Shown: positions 49,222 to 58,232, counted from the first letter of the stretch. The stretch: 62,698 nucleotides of DNA from an uncultured Synergistaceae bacterium (GCA_937902895.1 CALELF010000144.1:1-62698); one strand, 5' to 3'. Translations and numbers: made by a program. The notes: generated by a model from the letters alone, not told the origin.

Positions 49222-49240
49222 TCTATTCAAAATTCAAATA

Positions 49241-49285
49241 AAAGCGAGTAGCTACAAGATATTTTCTCGTAGCTACTCGCTTTTT
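49241..49285 (-). terminator. Terminator of the class IV aminotransferase gene
   Basis: GCGAGTAGCTAC (49244-49255) pairs with GTAGCTACTCGC (49269-49280) around a 13-nt loop. It has A-runs and T-runs on both sides. Confidence 0.7.
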
Positions 49286-49295
49286 AATTCAGCTC

Positions 49296-50141
49296 TTAAA
49301 GGGAAGCTAATTCTCTTTCCACTAGTTCATGGAATTTTTGTTGCAGGAAAAGTGTCAGTTTGCCAGGCTTTCCACCGCTCAAGAGTGTGTCATTTATCTT
49401 GACAATTGGCATTATCTCCTTGCCACTTCCTGCAAAGAATGCTTCCTCTGCCTCTGCAATTTCTGAAACTAATGGGCATCTGAGCTCAACTTCTATATTG
49501 TTTTCTTCTGCAACTTGAAGCACAACAGCTCTGCTAATGCTTTCAAGCACTCTGGTTAATGGGGCTGTGATAAGGCGCCCATTCTTTACCATAAAGAAGG
49601 TTGAAATAAGCCCCTCTGTAATCTCTGTTCCGTTTTCTACATAGATGCTCTCGTCACAGTCTGGTGCAGATGCTAGCGCATGAAAGCCAACGGAATAGCA
49701 GGTAGTCTTTATCTGTGGCAAGGGTCTTCCGCCCTTGACCAAGACTGTGGTAAAACCCTTTGCGCGGTCAGCATCATCGTGAAATTTGTGTGGTTCAAAT
49801 AATATGCAGAACCTCGGGGCAGGAAAATGCCCCTTGTTATTTATGTCCCCACCCGTAACGCTTGTCTTTATGTAGCCGTTAAAGCCACGAGAGGCGTCGC
49901 TTGCCAAAAACTCACGAGCTTTTTGACGGACAGTATCAATAATTCCAAAGTTTTCCTGTTTGATGTTTAGGTATTTGCAGGAATATTCAAGGCGCTTTAT
50001 GTGGTCATCAAAGCGAAAGGGACGTCCATCATATATCCTCATGCTGTCAAAAGCAGCAATTCCACGCTCTATTGCCATGTCGCTTAATGGTAATTTACAT
50101 TCTTCAAACTGACGAAAATCTCCATCGTAATAACAAAGCAT
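49296..50141 (-). CDS. Class IV (branched-chain / D-amino-acid / ADC-lyase type) aminotransferase
   Basis: 281 aa. The family-typical N-terminus is ...FEECKLPLSDMAIERGIAAFDSMRIYDGRPFRFDDHIKRL, and later there is TFFMVKNGRLITAPL...VLESISR. Substrate specificity cannot be called. Confidence 0.7.
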   Translation of the reverse strand: MLCYYDGDFRQFEECKLPLSDMAIERGIAAFDSMRIYDGRPFRFDDHIKRLEYSCKYLNIKQENFGIIDTVRQKAREFLASDASRGFNGYIKTSVTGGDINNKGHFPAPRFCILFEPHKFHDDADRAKGFTTVLVKGGRPLPQIKTTCYSVGFHALASAPDCDESIYVENGTEITEGLISTFFMVKNGRLITAPLTRVLESISRAVVLQVAEENNIEVELRCPLVSEIAEAEEAFFAGSGKEIMPIVKINDTLLSGGKPGKLTLFLQQKFHELVERELASL

Positions 50142-50383
50142 TTGTGTATTCTCCTCTATACGCCAAATTTTCGTTATTCTACCACCAATGAAGCGAAATT
50201 GCTACAAAAACTTTTTGCTCTCACTGAAAGCAATTTTTAAGAATTTAGCCCTTACAAATGTTGCCAACCAATCGCACTACGCCCCTTTGGGGCTTGTGCT
50301 CTTGGGGCAGTCCTTGCACAGCTGTTTTCTATTATTTGCATCGTCGCTTTGCTCCTTGCAAATAATGAAGCCCAGCCGAAGCA

Positions 50384-50540
50384 CCAAGCCGTTGGCTTGG
50401 TTAACATAAGCAGAATGTAGAGCAAAGCTCTACATTCTTAACATAAAAAATAATTTTTATGTCAGTCAAGGCGGAGCAAAGCGGAGACTTGACGACTTTA
50501 TGTTAGCGAGGCAAAGCTGAGCGCTTATGGCTAAAAAAAT
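50384..50540 (+). repeat. Intact copy (B) of the composite palindromic intergenic repeat; empty site for both mobile elements
   Basis: In order, the copy reads:
- CCAAGCC-GTT-GGCTTGG, then TTAACATAAG
- the 12-bp hairpin AGAATGTAGAGC-AAA-GCTCTACATTCT
- ACATAAAAA-ATAA-TTTTTATGT
- GTCAAG...CTTGAC, then CTTTATGTTAG
- GCGCTTATGGCTAAAAAAATT. Confidence 0.8.
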
Positions 50541-50617
50541 TAAAAACGGATTTTCGTGTATTGTACTTTAATTTCCTTGTTTTTTATGGTAAAAAGCGTT
50601 ATTTTTATGTATTAAGC

Positions 50618-50645
50618 TTGATTTTTTTCGTTTTTTGACTATAAT
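50618..50645 (+). promoter_or_regulatory. Putative sigma-70 promoter of pnp
   Basis: TTGATT (50618-50623), a 16-nt spacer, then TATAAT (50640-50645), 40 nt upstream of the ATG. Confidence 0.4.
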
Positions 50646-50684
50646 CTGCAATTGTGAATTAAGGATATCAAAGGAGAAAAGAAG

Positions 50685-52961
50685 ATGAAACAAGTATTTG
50701 AACTTGACTTGTATGGCAAGAAGATGTCATTTGAAGTCGGCCGTGTTGCAAAGCAAGCAAATGCAGCAACCTTGGCAAGCCATGGGAATACCACTGTGCT
50801 TGTTACCTCTGTTTTGGCAGACAAACCACGCGAGGGGCTGGACTTTTTCCCACTTCTTGTTGACTACGAAGAAAAATATTATTCCGCTGGCAAGGTGCCA
50901 GGCGGTTTCTTAAAGAGAGAGGGTAAGGCGACAGAGGCTGCCATTCTGTCTGGCAGAATGGTTGACCGTTCTATCAGGTCTCTTTTCCCAGAGTGGATGA
51001 GAAATGATGTTCATGTTGTGGCAACAGTTATGTCTGTTGACCAGATTAACCCATCAAGCATCTTGGCGATAAATGCTGCCTCTTTTGCCTTGGCAATTTC
51101 AAATATTCCATGGGACGGTCCAATAGGCGCCGTCCGCATTGGTTGCCTTGACGGACAGCTTGTGGTAAATCCAGACGAGGCAGACATGCCACGTAGCACT
51201 CTTGACCTTACAGTTGCAGGGCACAAGGGTGGAGTTACCATGGTTGAAGCAGGAGCCAAAGAAGTAAGCGAAGAGCTCCTTGTTGATGCAATGGAGCTTG
51301 CAAACGAGGCCATCAGACAGATAGTTGAGTTTATTGAGAGAGTTCGTGCAGAAATTGGTAAACCAAAGGCAGAGCTTCCCTTGCCAGAAGTTATAGCAGA
51401 AATAGACAGCTGGATGGAAGAAAACCTCGGCTCTGAAATCTATGCGGCAGTCGCGATAAACCAAAAGCAACCACGTGCAGTGGCAATTGCTGAGGCGCAG
51501 GAAAAAGCTGTTGCACACTTTGCCGAGAGCCACCCAGACAGCGCAACCTATATTTCCACAAAAATGGAAGAAATGGTGAAACGCTCCGTGCGTAAGCTTC
51601 TCCTTGTTGACAGGGTTCGTGCAGACGGCAGAGCACAGGACGAAATTCGTCCAATTACATGTGAAGTTGACATCTTGCCGACAGTGCATGGAAGTGCGCT
51701 CTTTACAAGAGGCGAAACACAGTCGCTAGGCGTTACAACACTTGGCATGATAGGTGTTGATGATCAAATTCTTGATGGCTTAAAGCTTAATGAGCCAACA
51801 AAGAGATTTTTCCTTCACTATAACTTCCCACCATACTCTGTTGGAGAAGTTCGTCCAATGAGAGGACCAGGAAGAAGAGAAATTGGCCACGGCGCCTTGG
51901 CAGAAAGAGCATTGAGAGCCGTAATGCCAAGCGAAGAGGAATTTCCATACGTTGTGCGTCAGGTTTCTGACATTCTTGAGTCAAATGGTTCTTCCTCTAT
52001 GGCTTCAATTTGTAGTGGCACCCTTGCAATGATGGCTGCCGGTGTTCCTATTAAAAAGCCCGTTGCAGGTATCGCAATGGGACTTATTGCAGAGGACGGA
52101 CAGGTCTGCATCTTGACAGACATTCAAGGCCTTGAAGATCACTATGGTGATATGGACTTTAAGGTTGCCGGAACGCGCGACGGTGTTACAGCACTTCAGA
52201 TGGATAACAAGGCTGGTGGAATTACAAGAGAGATTTTGACACAGGCTCTTGCACAGGCAAAGAAGGGGCGTTATGAAATTCTTGATAAGATAGAAGCTTG
52301 TATCCCTGCTCCTAGACCAGAGCTTTCACCACTTGCACCAAAAATTACTGTGATAGAAGTTCCACAGGACAAGATTAGAGACGTCATTGGCAGTGGCGGT
52401 AAGACAATCAAAAATATCGTTGCAGAAACAGGCGCAAAGGTTGATATAGACGATAGTGGCAAGGTGACAATAGGTGCCTTGAATCAGGAAATTGCAGACA
52501 AGGCAATTGCCATGATAAAAGAAATTATCAAGGAGCCAGAGGTTGGTGAAATCTACGTTGGCACAGTTGTCCGTATGCTTTCCTTCGGTGCATTTATTGA
52601 GCTTTTCTCCGGACACGATGGTATGATGCACATTAGCGACCTTTCTACATACAGAGTTCCAAGCCTTGAAGAATCACTTTCAATTGGCGACAAGGTGCTT
52701 GTTGAAGTCAAGGAAATTGACGATATGGGCAGAGTTAACCTCACAAGACGTGGTCTTATTGAAAGATGGGACGAGCTTGCATCAAACCCAGACTTTGCAG
52801 AAGCAGTTGCGGTAGAACGTGAAAGAGAAGCACGTTACGCAGAGTTTAAGGATTCTGACAGAAAACCGGAAAGACAGGATAGACCAAGAAGAGATTTCCA
52901 CGATAGAGAGGACAGTCCTCGTCACCATACAATCCGCCGTTTTGAAAGAAAAAAGCAATAA
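50685..52961 (+). CDS. pnp: Polyribonucleotide nucleotidyltransferase (PNPase) with an Arg/Asp/Glu-rich C-terminal tail
   Basis: It has two RNase PH domains (FPLLVDYEEK.YSAGK.PGGF.KREG and RADGR....RPI..EV....HGSALFTRGETQ), then a KH domain (IGSGGKTIK.I...TGAKVDI) and an S1 domain (G.VVRM..FGAFIEL..G.DGM.HIS). An AAGGAG RBS is present. Confidence 0.95.
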   Translation: MKQVFELDLYGKKMSFEVGRVAKQANAATLASHGNTTVLVTSVLADKPREGLDFFPLLVDYEEKYYSAGKVPGGFLKREGKATEAAILSGRMVDRSIRSLFPEWMRNDVHVVATVMSVDQINPSSILAINAASFALAISNIPWDGPIGAVRIGCLDGQLVVNPDEADMPRSTLDLTVAGHKGGVTMVEAGAKEVSEELLVDAMELANEAIRQIVEFIERVRAEIGKPKAELPLPEVIAEIDSWMEENLGSEIYAAVAINQKQPRAVAIAEAQEKAVAHFAESHPDSATYISTKMEEMVKRSVRKLLLVDRVRADGRAQDEIRPITCEVDILPTVHGSALFTRGETQSLGVTTLGMIGVDDQILDGLKLNEPTKRFFLHYNFPPYSVGEVRPMRGPGRREIGHGALAERALRAVMPSEEEFPYVVRQVSDILESNGSSSMASICSGTLAMMAAGVPIKKPVAGIAMGLIAEDGQVCILTDIQGLEDHYGDMDFKVAGTRDGVTALQMDNKAGGITREILTQALAQAKKGRYEILDKIEACIPAPRPELSPLAPKITVIEVPQDKIRDVIGSGGKTIKNIVAETGAKVDIDDSGKVTIGALNQEIADKAIAMIKEIIKEPEVGEIYVGTVVRMLSFGAFIELFSGHDGMMHISDLSTYRVPSLEESLSIGDKVLVEVKEIDDMGRVNLTRRGLIERWDELASNPDFAEAVAVEREREARYAEFKDSDRKPERQDRPRRDFHDREDSPRHHTIRRFERKKQ

Positions 52962-53013
52962 ACGATGTTTTCTTTCTTTTTCTGCTTGCAAGAAATGTAA
53001 ATATAATATATAA

Positions 53014-53046
53014 TTTGGCTAGCGTTTTTCGCTAGCCAAATTTTTA
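53014..53046 (+). terminator. Rho-independent terminator of pnp
   Basis: TTTGGCTAGCG (53014-53024) pairs with CGCTAGCCAAA (53030-53040) around the loop TTTTT, followed by TTTTTA. Confidence 0.8.
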
Positions 53047-53082
53047 TGTTGTAAAAAATCTAAAGAAAGAGTGTGATTTATT

Positions 53083-53916
53083 ATGTTTGATGCACAAGCC
53101 TATGAAGCAGAAATTAACCAAGCGGTGGACTATATTAAGTCCCGCACAGACAGACGCCCAGAAGTAATGGTTATTTTGGGTTCTTTTGCCGGCCCAGTTG
53201 CCGATGCACTTGAAGACCCAATTACAATTCCATATTCAGAAATTCCAAATTGGCCACGTTCAACAGTTGTTGGTCACGCCGGCAACCTTTTAATCGGTAA
53301 GCTCGGTGGCAAAATGGCAGCAGTCCTTCAAGGACGTGTTCACTGCTATGAAGGCTACCCAATGACAAAGGTTACCTTCTCAACAAGAGTTATGTCACGT
53401 CTTGGTGCAAAGATGCTCTGCGTTACAAATGCAGCAGGTTGCCTTGCTCCTGGTATCAACCCAGGTGACGTTGTGCTCGTTACAGACCACATCAATATGC
53501 TTCCAAACCCACTAATTGGACCAAACCTTGACAGCTTTGGCGTTCGCTTCCCAGATATGAGCACAGCATATAATCCTGCACTTCTTGAAACTGCAAGAGG
53601 TGTTGCACGTGACTTGAACATTGACTTGAAAGAGGGAGTTTACCTCGCGCTCACAGGTCCATCATTTGAGACCCCTGCAGAAATTCGCATGGCACGCCTC
53701 CTTGGTGCATCAATGGGCGGTATGTCAACAGTTCCAGAAGTTATTGTTGCAAACCACTGTGGCATGAAGGTTCTTTGCTTCTCATGTGCATCAAATTACA
53801 GCGCTGGTATTTCAAAAGTCGCCTTGTCGCACCAGGAAGTGGCAGACACAATGGCGATTGCTTCAAAGAACCTCACAACGCTCGTGTTGAAGTCAGTTGA
53901 GAGAGCTCAACTTTAA
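53083..53916 (+). CDS. punA: Purine nucleoside phosphorylase, trimeric PNP/PunA type (paralogue 1)
   Basis: Motifs align by eye with human/bacterial PNP: ILGSFAG, VVGHAG, QGRVHCYEGY, GPSFETPAEIRMARLLGASMGGMSTVPEVIVANHCG and the SCASN Asn. Confidence 0.85.
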   Translation: MFDAQAYEAEINQAVDYIKSRTDRRPEVMVILGSFAGPVADALEDPITIPYSEIPNWPRSTVVGHAGNLLIGKLGGKMAAVLQGRVHCYEGYPMTKVTFSTRVMSRLGAKMLCVTNAAGCLAPGINPGDVVLVTDHINMLPNPLIGPNLDSFGVRFPDMSTAYNPALLETARGVARDLNIDLKEGVYLALTGPSFETPAEIRMARLLGASMGGMSTVPEVIVANHCGMKVLCFSCASNYSAGISKVALSHQEVADTMAIASKNLTTLVLKSVERAQL

Positions 53917-53994
53917 TAAATTTTGATATAGAAACAAACAAAAGATGCCCATCCTCTTCGGTTTGGGCTTCTTTTGATGAAAGAGAGAATTATT

Positions 53995-54834
53995 ATGTTT
54001 GACGCAAAGGCTTATGAAGCAGAAATTGATCAAGCAGTGGACTACATTAAGTCCCGCACAGACAGACGTCCGGAAGTGATGGTTATCTTGGGTTCCTATG
54101 CCGGCCCTGTTGCTGATGCAGTTGATGACCCAATTATAATTCCATACTCAGAAATTCCAAATTGGCCACGTTCAACAGTTCCCGGTCACGCCGGTAACCT
54201 CTTAATCGGCAAACTTGGTGGCAAGATGGCGGCGGTTCTTCAAGGACGTGTCCACTATTATGAAGGTTATCCAATGACAAAGGTTACCTTCTCAACAAGA
54301 GTTATGTCACGACTTGGCGCAAAGATGCTCTGTGTTACAAATACCGCTGGGTGCCTTGCCCCTGGTGTCAATTCCGGTGACATAGTTCTTGTTACGGACC
54401 ACATCAATATGTTGCCAAACCCGTTAATTGGACCAAACCTTGATAGCTTTGGTGTCCGTTTTCCAGATATGAGCACGGCATATAATCCGGAACTTCTTAA
54501 TGTTGCAAGAAGCGTTGCACGTGACTTGAACATTGACTTAAAAGAGGGAGCATACATAGCATGTTCTGGACCGTCTTTTGAAAAGGAGTCCCCTGCCCAA
54601 ATTCGTATTTTTAGCTTTCTTGGTGCAGCAGTGAGTGGCATGTCAACCGTTCCAGAGGTTATTGTAGCCAATCACTGCGGAATGAAAGTTCTCTGCTTCT
54701 CCTGTGCTACGAATCTTTGCTCAGGCGTTTCGCTAGTTGCTCTTTCACACGAAGAAGTGGCAGAAGCAATGACAGTTGCTTCCAAAGAGCTAACATTGCT
54801 CGTCTTAAATTCTGTTGCAAGAGCAAAAATATAA
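53995..54834 (+). CDS. Purine nucleoside phosphorylase paralogue 2 (diverged C-terminal half)
   Basis: The start is set at ATG 53995 (MFDAKAYEAE), colinear with paralogue 1. The first ~190 aa are about 90% identical to paralogue 1. The active-site block is altered to GPSFEKESPAQIRIFSFLGAAVSGMSTVPE. Confidence 0.8.
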   Translation: MFDAKAYEAEIDQAVDYIKSRTDRRPEVMVILGSYAGPVADAVDDPIIIPYSEIPNWPRSTVPGHAGNLLIGKLGGKMAAVLQGRVHYYEGYPMTKVTFSTRVMSRLGAKMLCVTNTAGCLAPGVNSGDIVLVTDHINMLPNPLIGPNLDSFGVRFPDMSTAYNPELLNVARSVARDLNIDLKEGAYIACSGPSFEKESPAQIRIFSFLGAAVSGMSTVPEVIVANHCGMKVLCFSCATNLCSGVSLVALSHEEVAEAMTVASKELTLLVLNSVARAKI

Positions 54835-54850
54835 TAAAATCTTAAAAACA

Positions 54851-54878
54851 AAAGCACCCTTGTTTGGGTGCTTTTTTA
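54851..54878 (+). terminator. Rho-independent terminator after the PNP pair
   Basis: AAAGCACCC pairs with GGGTGCTTT around the loop TTGTT, followed by TTTTTAATTTTTT. Confidence 0.75.
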
Positions 54879-54894
54879 ATTTTTTAATAGCATA

Positions 54895-54930
54895 AAAAAA
54901 GAGCTCAAACACCAGTTTGAACTCTTTTTT
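54895..54930 (-). terminator. Terminator of the rpsU-yqeY operon
   Basis: GAGCTCAAAC (54901-54910) pairs with GTTTGAACTC (54915-54924) with one mismatch. It is flanked by A7 and T6, and on the - strand a T-run follows the hairpin. Confidence 0.65.
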
Positions 54931-54934
54931 GTTT

Positions 54935-55393
54935 TTACAATTTTGAAAGATAAGAGGAAACCGCGCCTCTCACTGCACCGCCGTCAGCTTGCCCCTTCAC
55001 TTTCGCCATGACGGCACCCATAAGGCGCCCCATGTCTTTTTGTGAAGCTGCCCCGACTTCTTGAGCAGTTTGAGCCACTATTTCTTCTATCTTTTCTTGT
55101 GAGAGCTGTGCAGGAAGATATGCTTCTAGCACCTTCGCTTCTGCAAGTTCTCTCTCAGCTCTGTCCTGTGCTTTGCCTTTGAGATACATCTCTGCGGCTT
55201 CTTTTCTCTGTTTTATCAGTCTGCGGACAAGAGTTAAGATTTCGTCATCCGTCAGCTCGTAGTCTTTGTTATGCTCTGCAACAACAAGTTGCATAGAGGA
55301 CTTTAACATACGTAGGACGGAAAGACTAAGCTCGTTTTTACTCTTCATTGCAGCGACTAGATCGCTAGCAATGCGTGTGGCAAGGGCAGTCAT
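54935..55393 (-). CDS. yqeY: GatB/YqeY domain protein
   Basis: 152 aa. The sequence is typical: L...I..DL..AMK.K....LSVLRMLKS......AE......LTDDEILTLV.R.IKQRKEAAE.Y.KG...DRAE.E..E..VLE.YLP.QLS. Its ATG overlaps the rpsU stop as TAATG. Confidence 0.85.
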   Translation of the reverse strand: MTALATRIASDLVAAMKSKNELSLSVLRMLKSSMQLVVAEHNKDYELTDDEILTLVRRLIKQRKEAAEMYLKGKAQDRAERELAEAKVLEAYLPAQLSQEKIEEIVAQTAQEVGAASQKDMGRLMGAVMAKVKGQADGGAVRGAVSSYLSKL

Positions 55394-55581
55394 TAGTAGT
55401 CTTTCCTTCTGCCCTTGTTACGAGCCAATTCTGCCTTCTTACGTTTTTTGACTTCGCTTGGTTTTTCATAGACCTCGTGTTTCTTTGCTTCACGAAGGGT
55501 GCCAACCTTGCGGACTTCTCTTTTGAAACGTTTAAGGGCGTCTTCTATTGACTCATTTTCACGTCTTACTATTGTGGACAT
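55393..55581 (-). CDS. rpsU: 30S ribosomal protein S21
   Basis: [49 protein letters not shown].... The start is set at the second ATG (55581), with a GGGGGG RBS 8 nt upstream. Confidence 0.9.
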   Translation of the reverse strand: MSTIVRRENESIEDALKRFKREVRKVGTLREAKKHEVYEKPSEVKKRKKAELARNKGRRKDY

Positions 55582-55708
55582 TAACATTCCCCCCCTTCAA
55601 AGGTTAGGGCAATTTATCATATAAAAATACAAAAATTGCTTCTTTTCGAGCACATATTATCCAATATTTTAGCATTTTTGTCAAGCATAGATACTTGATT
55701 TTGCACTA

Positions 55709-55746
55709 TAAAAAAGGCGGATTCTGCTTTGCAGAGCCCGCCTTTA
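55709..55746 (-). terminator. Terminator of the efflux operon
   Basis: AAGGCGG (55714-55720) pairs with CCGCCTT (55738-55744), with an inner stem CTGC/GCAG. On the - strand it is followed by TTTTTT. Confidence 0.7.
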
Positions 55747-55769
55747 TACTAGATTTTTTTAATAATTTT

Positions 55770-57062
55770 TTATTTATATTCGCCCATTGCCTTTTTCAAG
55801 GTTACGGCTGCATATTTGCTATCATAAAGAGATTTTATCACATTTGTTTGTGCTTCTGCATATCCCTCTATTGCATCGGACAACTCAAGATAATCGCAAG
55901 CGCCGGCCTTGTAGCGTATCTTTGACAGGGTAAGAGCATCCTTTGCAAAGCGCTCTTGTTCACGTGAAGCCGTAACAGCTTCACCTGACTGCTCAAGAGC
56001 AACCCAAGCAGTGCGGACTTCAAGAGCGACATCATTTTTTGCTTTTGCGAGACCTGATTTTGCTGCTTCTAATTGTGCTTTTGCAACGCGTGATTCATTG
56101 AGGGTCTTTGCGCCATCAAGAAATGGGAAGGTGAGATTTGCTCCAATTCTCCAACCATCGTTGCCCTCTAACTTTGCTCCATTTTCAGCAAACAACTTAC
56201 CACTTGTGTCCAAGCCCCCAGTGAGGCTAAGCTCTGGCATTTGGCCTTTTCTTTTTAGTTGTAAGTTGGCTTCCGCACTAGCAAGATTAAATTCCTGTGC
56301 CTTGATTTCTTGTCTATTTTCCATTGCAGTGGAAACGGCGGACTCCATGTCAATTTTCCATTCTTCAAATTCAAGTGCATCCGTAGCAGCAGTTACATCA
56401 AGGAGAGGATCTCCAATTGCAGCCGCAAGGGTTGTCTGATTTTTTCTTTCATTTGTTGTGGCAGAGACAAGTCCAAGCTTTGCCTTAGCTACATCTGCTT
56501 CCGCTTTAGTAACATCTATCTTTGCTTTTGAGCCGACCTTAAAGAAATTCCTAGCAAGACCCAATCTGTCGTTTTGATTATCATAACGAGTTTTTGCCAC
56601 ATCTTTTTCTCTTGTAGCTTTATTCAAGTTATAGTAAGCATCACGAACCTTTGCAATCAATTGGTTTTTGGCTTCTTCATAATCTCTTTGAGCTGCTAAA
56701 GCATTTTTAGCTGCCACAGAGAGTTGCAAATGGGATTTGCCACCGTCGAAAATAAGTTGCTGTGCAGAAATCCCAAGCCTAGAAGCGCCTGCTGAATACT
56801 TATTTTGCTCATTCAAAGCATTGGTGTCAATGCTATTTGAATATTTGAAGGAAGCGGTGCCGTCCAGTCTAAATCTGCGAGCAACTCCTGCTACGCCTTT
56901 TTCTGCTTCGGCTGTTTCCATCTGTGCCTTTGCCTGTTGCAATTCTGGGTTGATATTGAGGGCACGTGATATGCACTCTTCAAGAGTTAAAGACTCTGCC
57001 CAAGATGCACAGGGTAAAAGCACCAAGGCTAAAACTAACATAATTATGCTAAATTTTTTCAT
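55770..57062 (-). CDS. TolC-family outer-membrane efflux protein
   Basis: The signal peptide is MKKFSIIMLVLALVLLPCASWA. The body has two-fold repeated coiled-coil/OEP architecture (LTLEECISRAL..NPEL..A.......A...V....). A GGAG RBS is present. Confidence 0.85.
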   Translation of the reverse strand: MKKFSIIMLVLALVLLPCASWAESLTLEECISRALNINPELQQAKAQMETAEAEKGVAGVARRFRLDGTASFKYSNSIDTNALNEQNKYSAGASRLGISAQQLIFDGGKSHLQLSVAAKNALAAQRDYEEAKNQLIAKVRDAYYNLNKATREKDVAKTRYDNQNDRLGLARNFFKVGSKAKIDVTKAEADVAKAKLGLVSATTNERKNQTTLAAAIGDPLLDVTAATDALEFEEWKIDMESAVSTAMENRQEIKAQEFNLASAEANLQLKRKGQMPELSLTGGLDTSGKLFAENGAKLEGNDGWRIGANLTFPFLDGAKTLNESRVAKAQLEAAKSGLAKAKNDVALEVRTAWVALEQSGEAVTASREQERFAKDALTLSKIRYKAGACDYLELSDAIEGYAEAQTNVIKSLYDSKYAAVTLKKAMGEYK

Positions 57063-57110
57063 GTTCTTCTCCTATCCTATATATATAATGCCGCAAGTGC
57101 CTGTTAAGGT

Positions 57111-58232
57111 TTAGCCACCTGCAACGGATTTCCTAAATCTAACTAGCACGTAGCCCAAGAGCACTGCAGAAAGCCCGGCTAGAGGCAAGAAATACTTCCA
57201 CACTACAGTAATTCCAGCACCGCGGAAGATTATTGCCTGCGCAGCTAAAACAAATTGTGTGGTGGGGAAACAAATTGCAAGATGCTGGATAATTTTTGGC
57301 ATACTTTCTATAGGTGAATTAGCACCAGATAGTGTAAGAAGTGGAATTATTGCAAGAATCATAAGAATTCCAAACTGAGGCATATCTTTTGCAATTGTTG
57401 CAAGGAAGATGCCGATTGATGTTGATGCAATAAGGTGAATTGCAACGCCAACCATAAATAGCGCTAAGGAGCCGTTTATTGGTATCTCCAAGGCACTCGA
57501 AATTACGACCGTTACTGCAAAAAAAGTGGTAATAAGAACGATGAGAGCCATAGACCAAATTTTTGACGCCATAATTTCAAAGGAAGTGATAGGCATAACA
57601 AGCAAATGCTCCATTGTACCCTTTTCCCTTTCGTTTATGATGGCGGATCCACAAAGAATAACAGCTAAAAGAGTGATGCTATTTACAATTTCCATGACGG
57701 CATCATACCATTTTTGTGTTAGATTTTGATTAAAGCATCGTCTAATTACTAATTTTACAAGAGAGTCGCCAGTCTTTGGGTATTCGTTAAAGAATTCGTA
57801 TATAGCGTTAGCTGTGATTGTTTGTGCATAACCAGTTCCATTAAATGCCTGCCCAATTCTTGTTGCATCTGTGTTTAGCTGAATTCTAGAAGTGCGATGT
57901 CCCATAAGGTCTCTTTGATAATTATATGGAATAACCATAACGAAGGTAAAATCACCAGCATCAAGCTTCTTATCCATGGAAGTCCATGTTATATCTTTTG
58001 CCGGTATAAAGACAGGTTGCGTCAAATAGTCTGTTATGCGAAAAGAAAGTTGGGAATTGTCTTCGTTGACAATAGCTATATTCGCATCTTGAACACCTTC
58101 AATACTACTGTTCGCTATGTCATAAATGTTAAAAGTAAAAAGATAGAGAATCAGCACTATCAACATTGTTTGACGAAGAACGCTCTTTGTTTCTTTGATA
58201 CCAAGTTGAAGTATATTTGTAAATGTCTGCAT
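57111..58232 (-). CDS. ABC-2-type transporter permease (YhhJ-like)
   Basis: 373 aa. It has one N-terminal TM, a large periplasmic loop and a C-terminal six-TM ABC-2 block (LLVMPITSFEIMASKIW...). An AAGGAG RBS is present. Confidence 0.8.
   Translation of the reverse strand: MQTFTNILQLGIKETKSVLRQTMLIVLILYLFTFNIYDIANSSIEGVQDANIAIVNEDNSQLSFRITDYLTQPVFIPAKDITWTSMDKKLDAGDFTFVMVIPYNYQRDLMGHRTSRIQLNTDATRIGQAFNGTGYAQTITANAIYEFFNEYPKTGDSLVKLVIRRCFNQNLTQKWYDAVMEIVNSITLLAVILCGSAIINEREKGTMEHLLVMPITSFEIMASKIWSMALIVLITTFFAVTVVISSALEIPINGSLALFMVGVAIHLIASTSIGIFLATIAKDMPQFGILMILAIIPLLTLSGANSPIESMPKIIQHLAICFPTTQFVLAAQAIIFRGAGITVVWKYFLPLAGLSAVLLGYVLVRFRKSVAGG

Noticed and set aside
50188-50409. A 73-aa ORF between the aminotransferase gene and pnp.
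   Set aside because: It has no RBS, runs into the palindromic repeat hairpin and has a low-complexity Leu/Ser composition. It is probably non-coding, although 50240-50380 could hold an unrecognised small RNA.
53917-53994. A weak hairpin GCCCA-N12-TGGGC between the two PNP genes, as a possible terminator.
   Set aside because: It has only a 5-bp stem with a large loop and no clear T-run. The two genes are more likely co-transcribed.
53355-54671. Antisense ORFs within both PNP paralogues (53355-53621 and 54267-54671), conserved between the two copies.
   Set aside because: Their conservation simply mirrors the duplicated sense genes. They have no independent signals.
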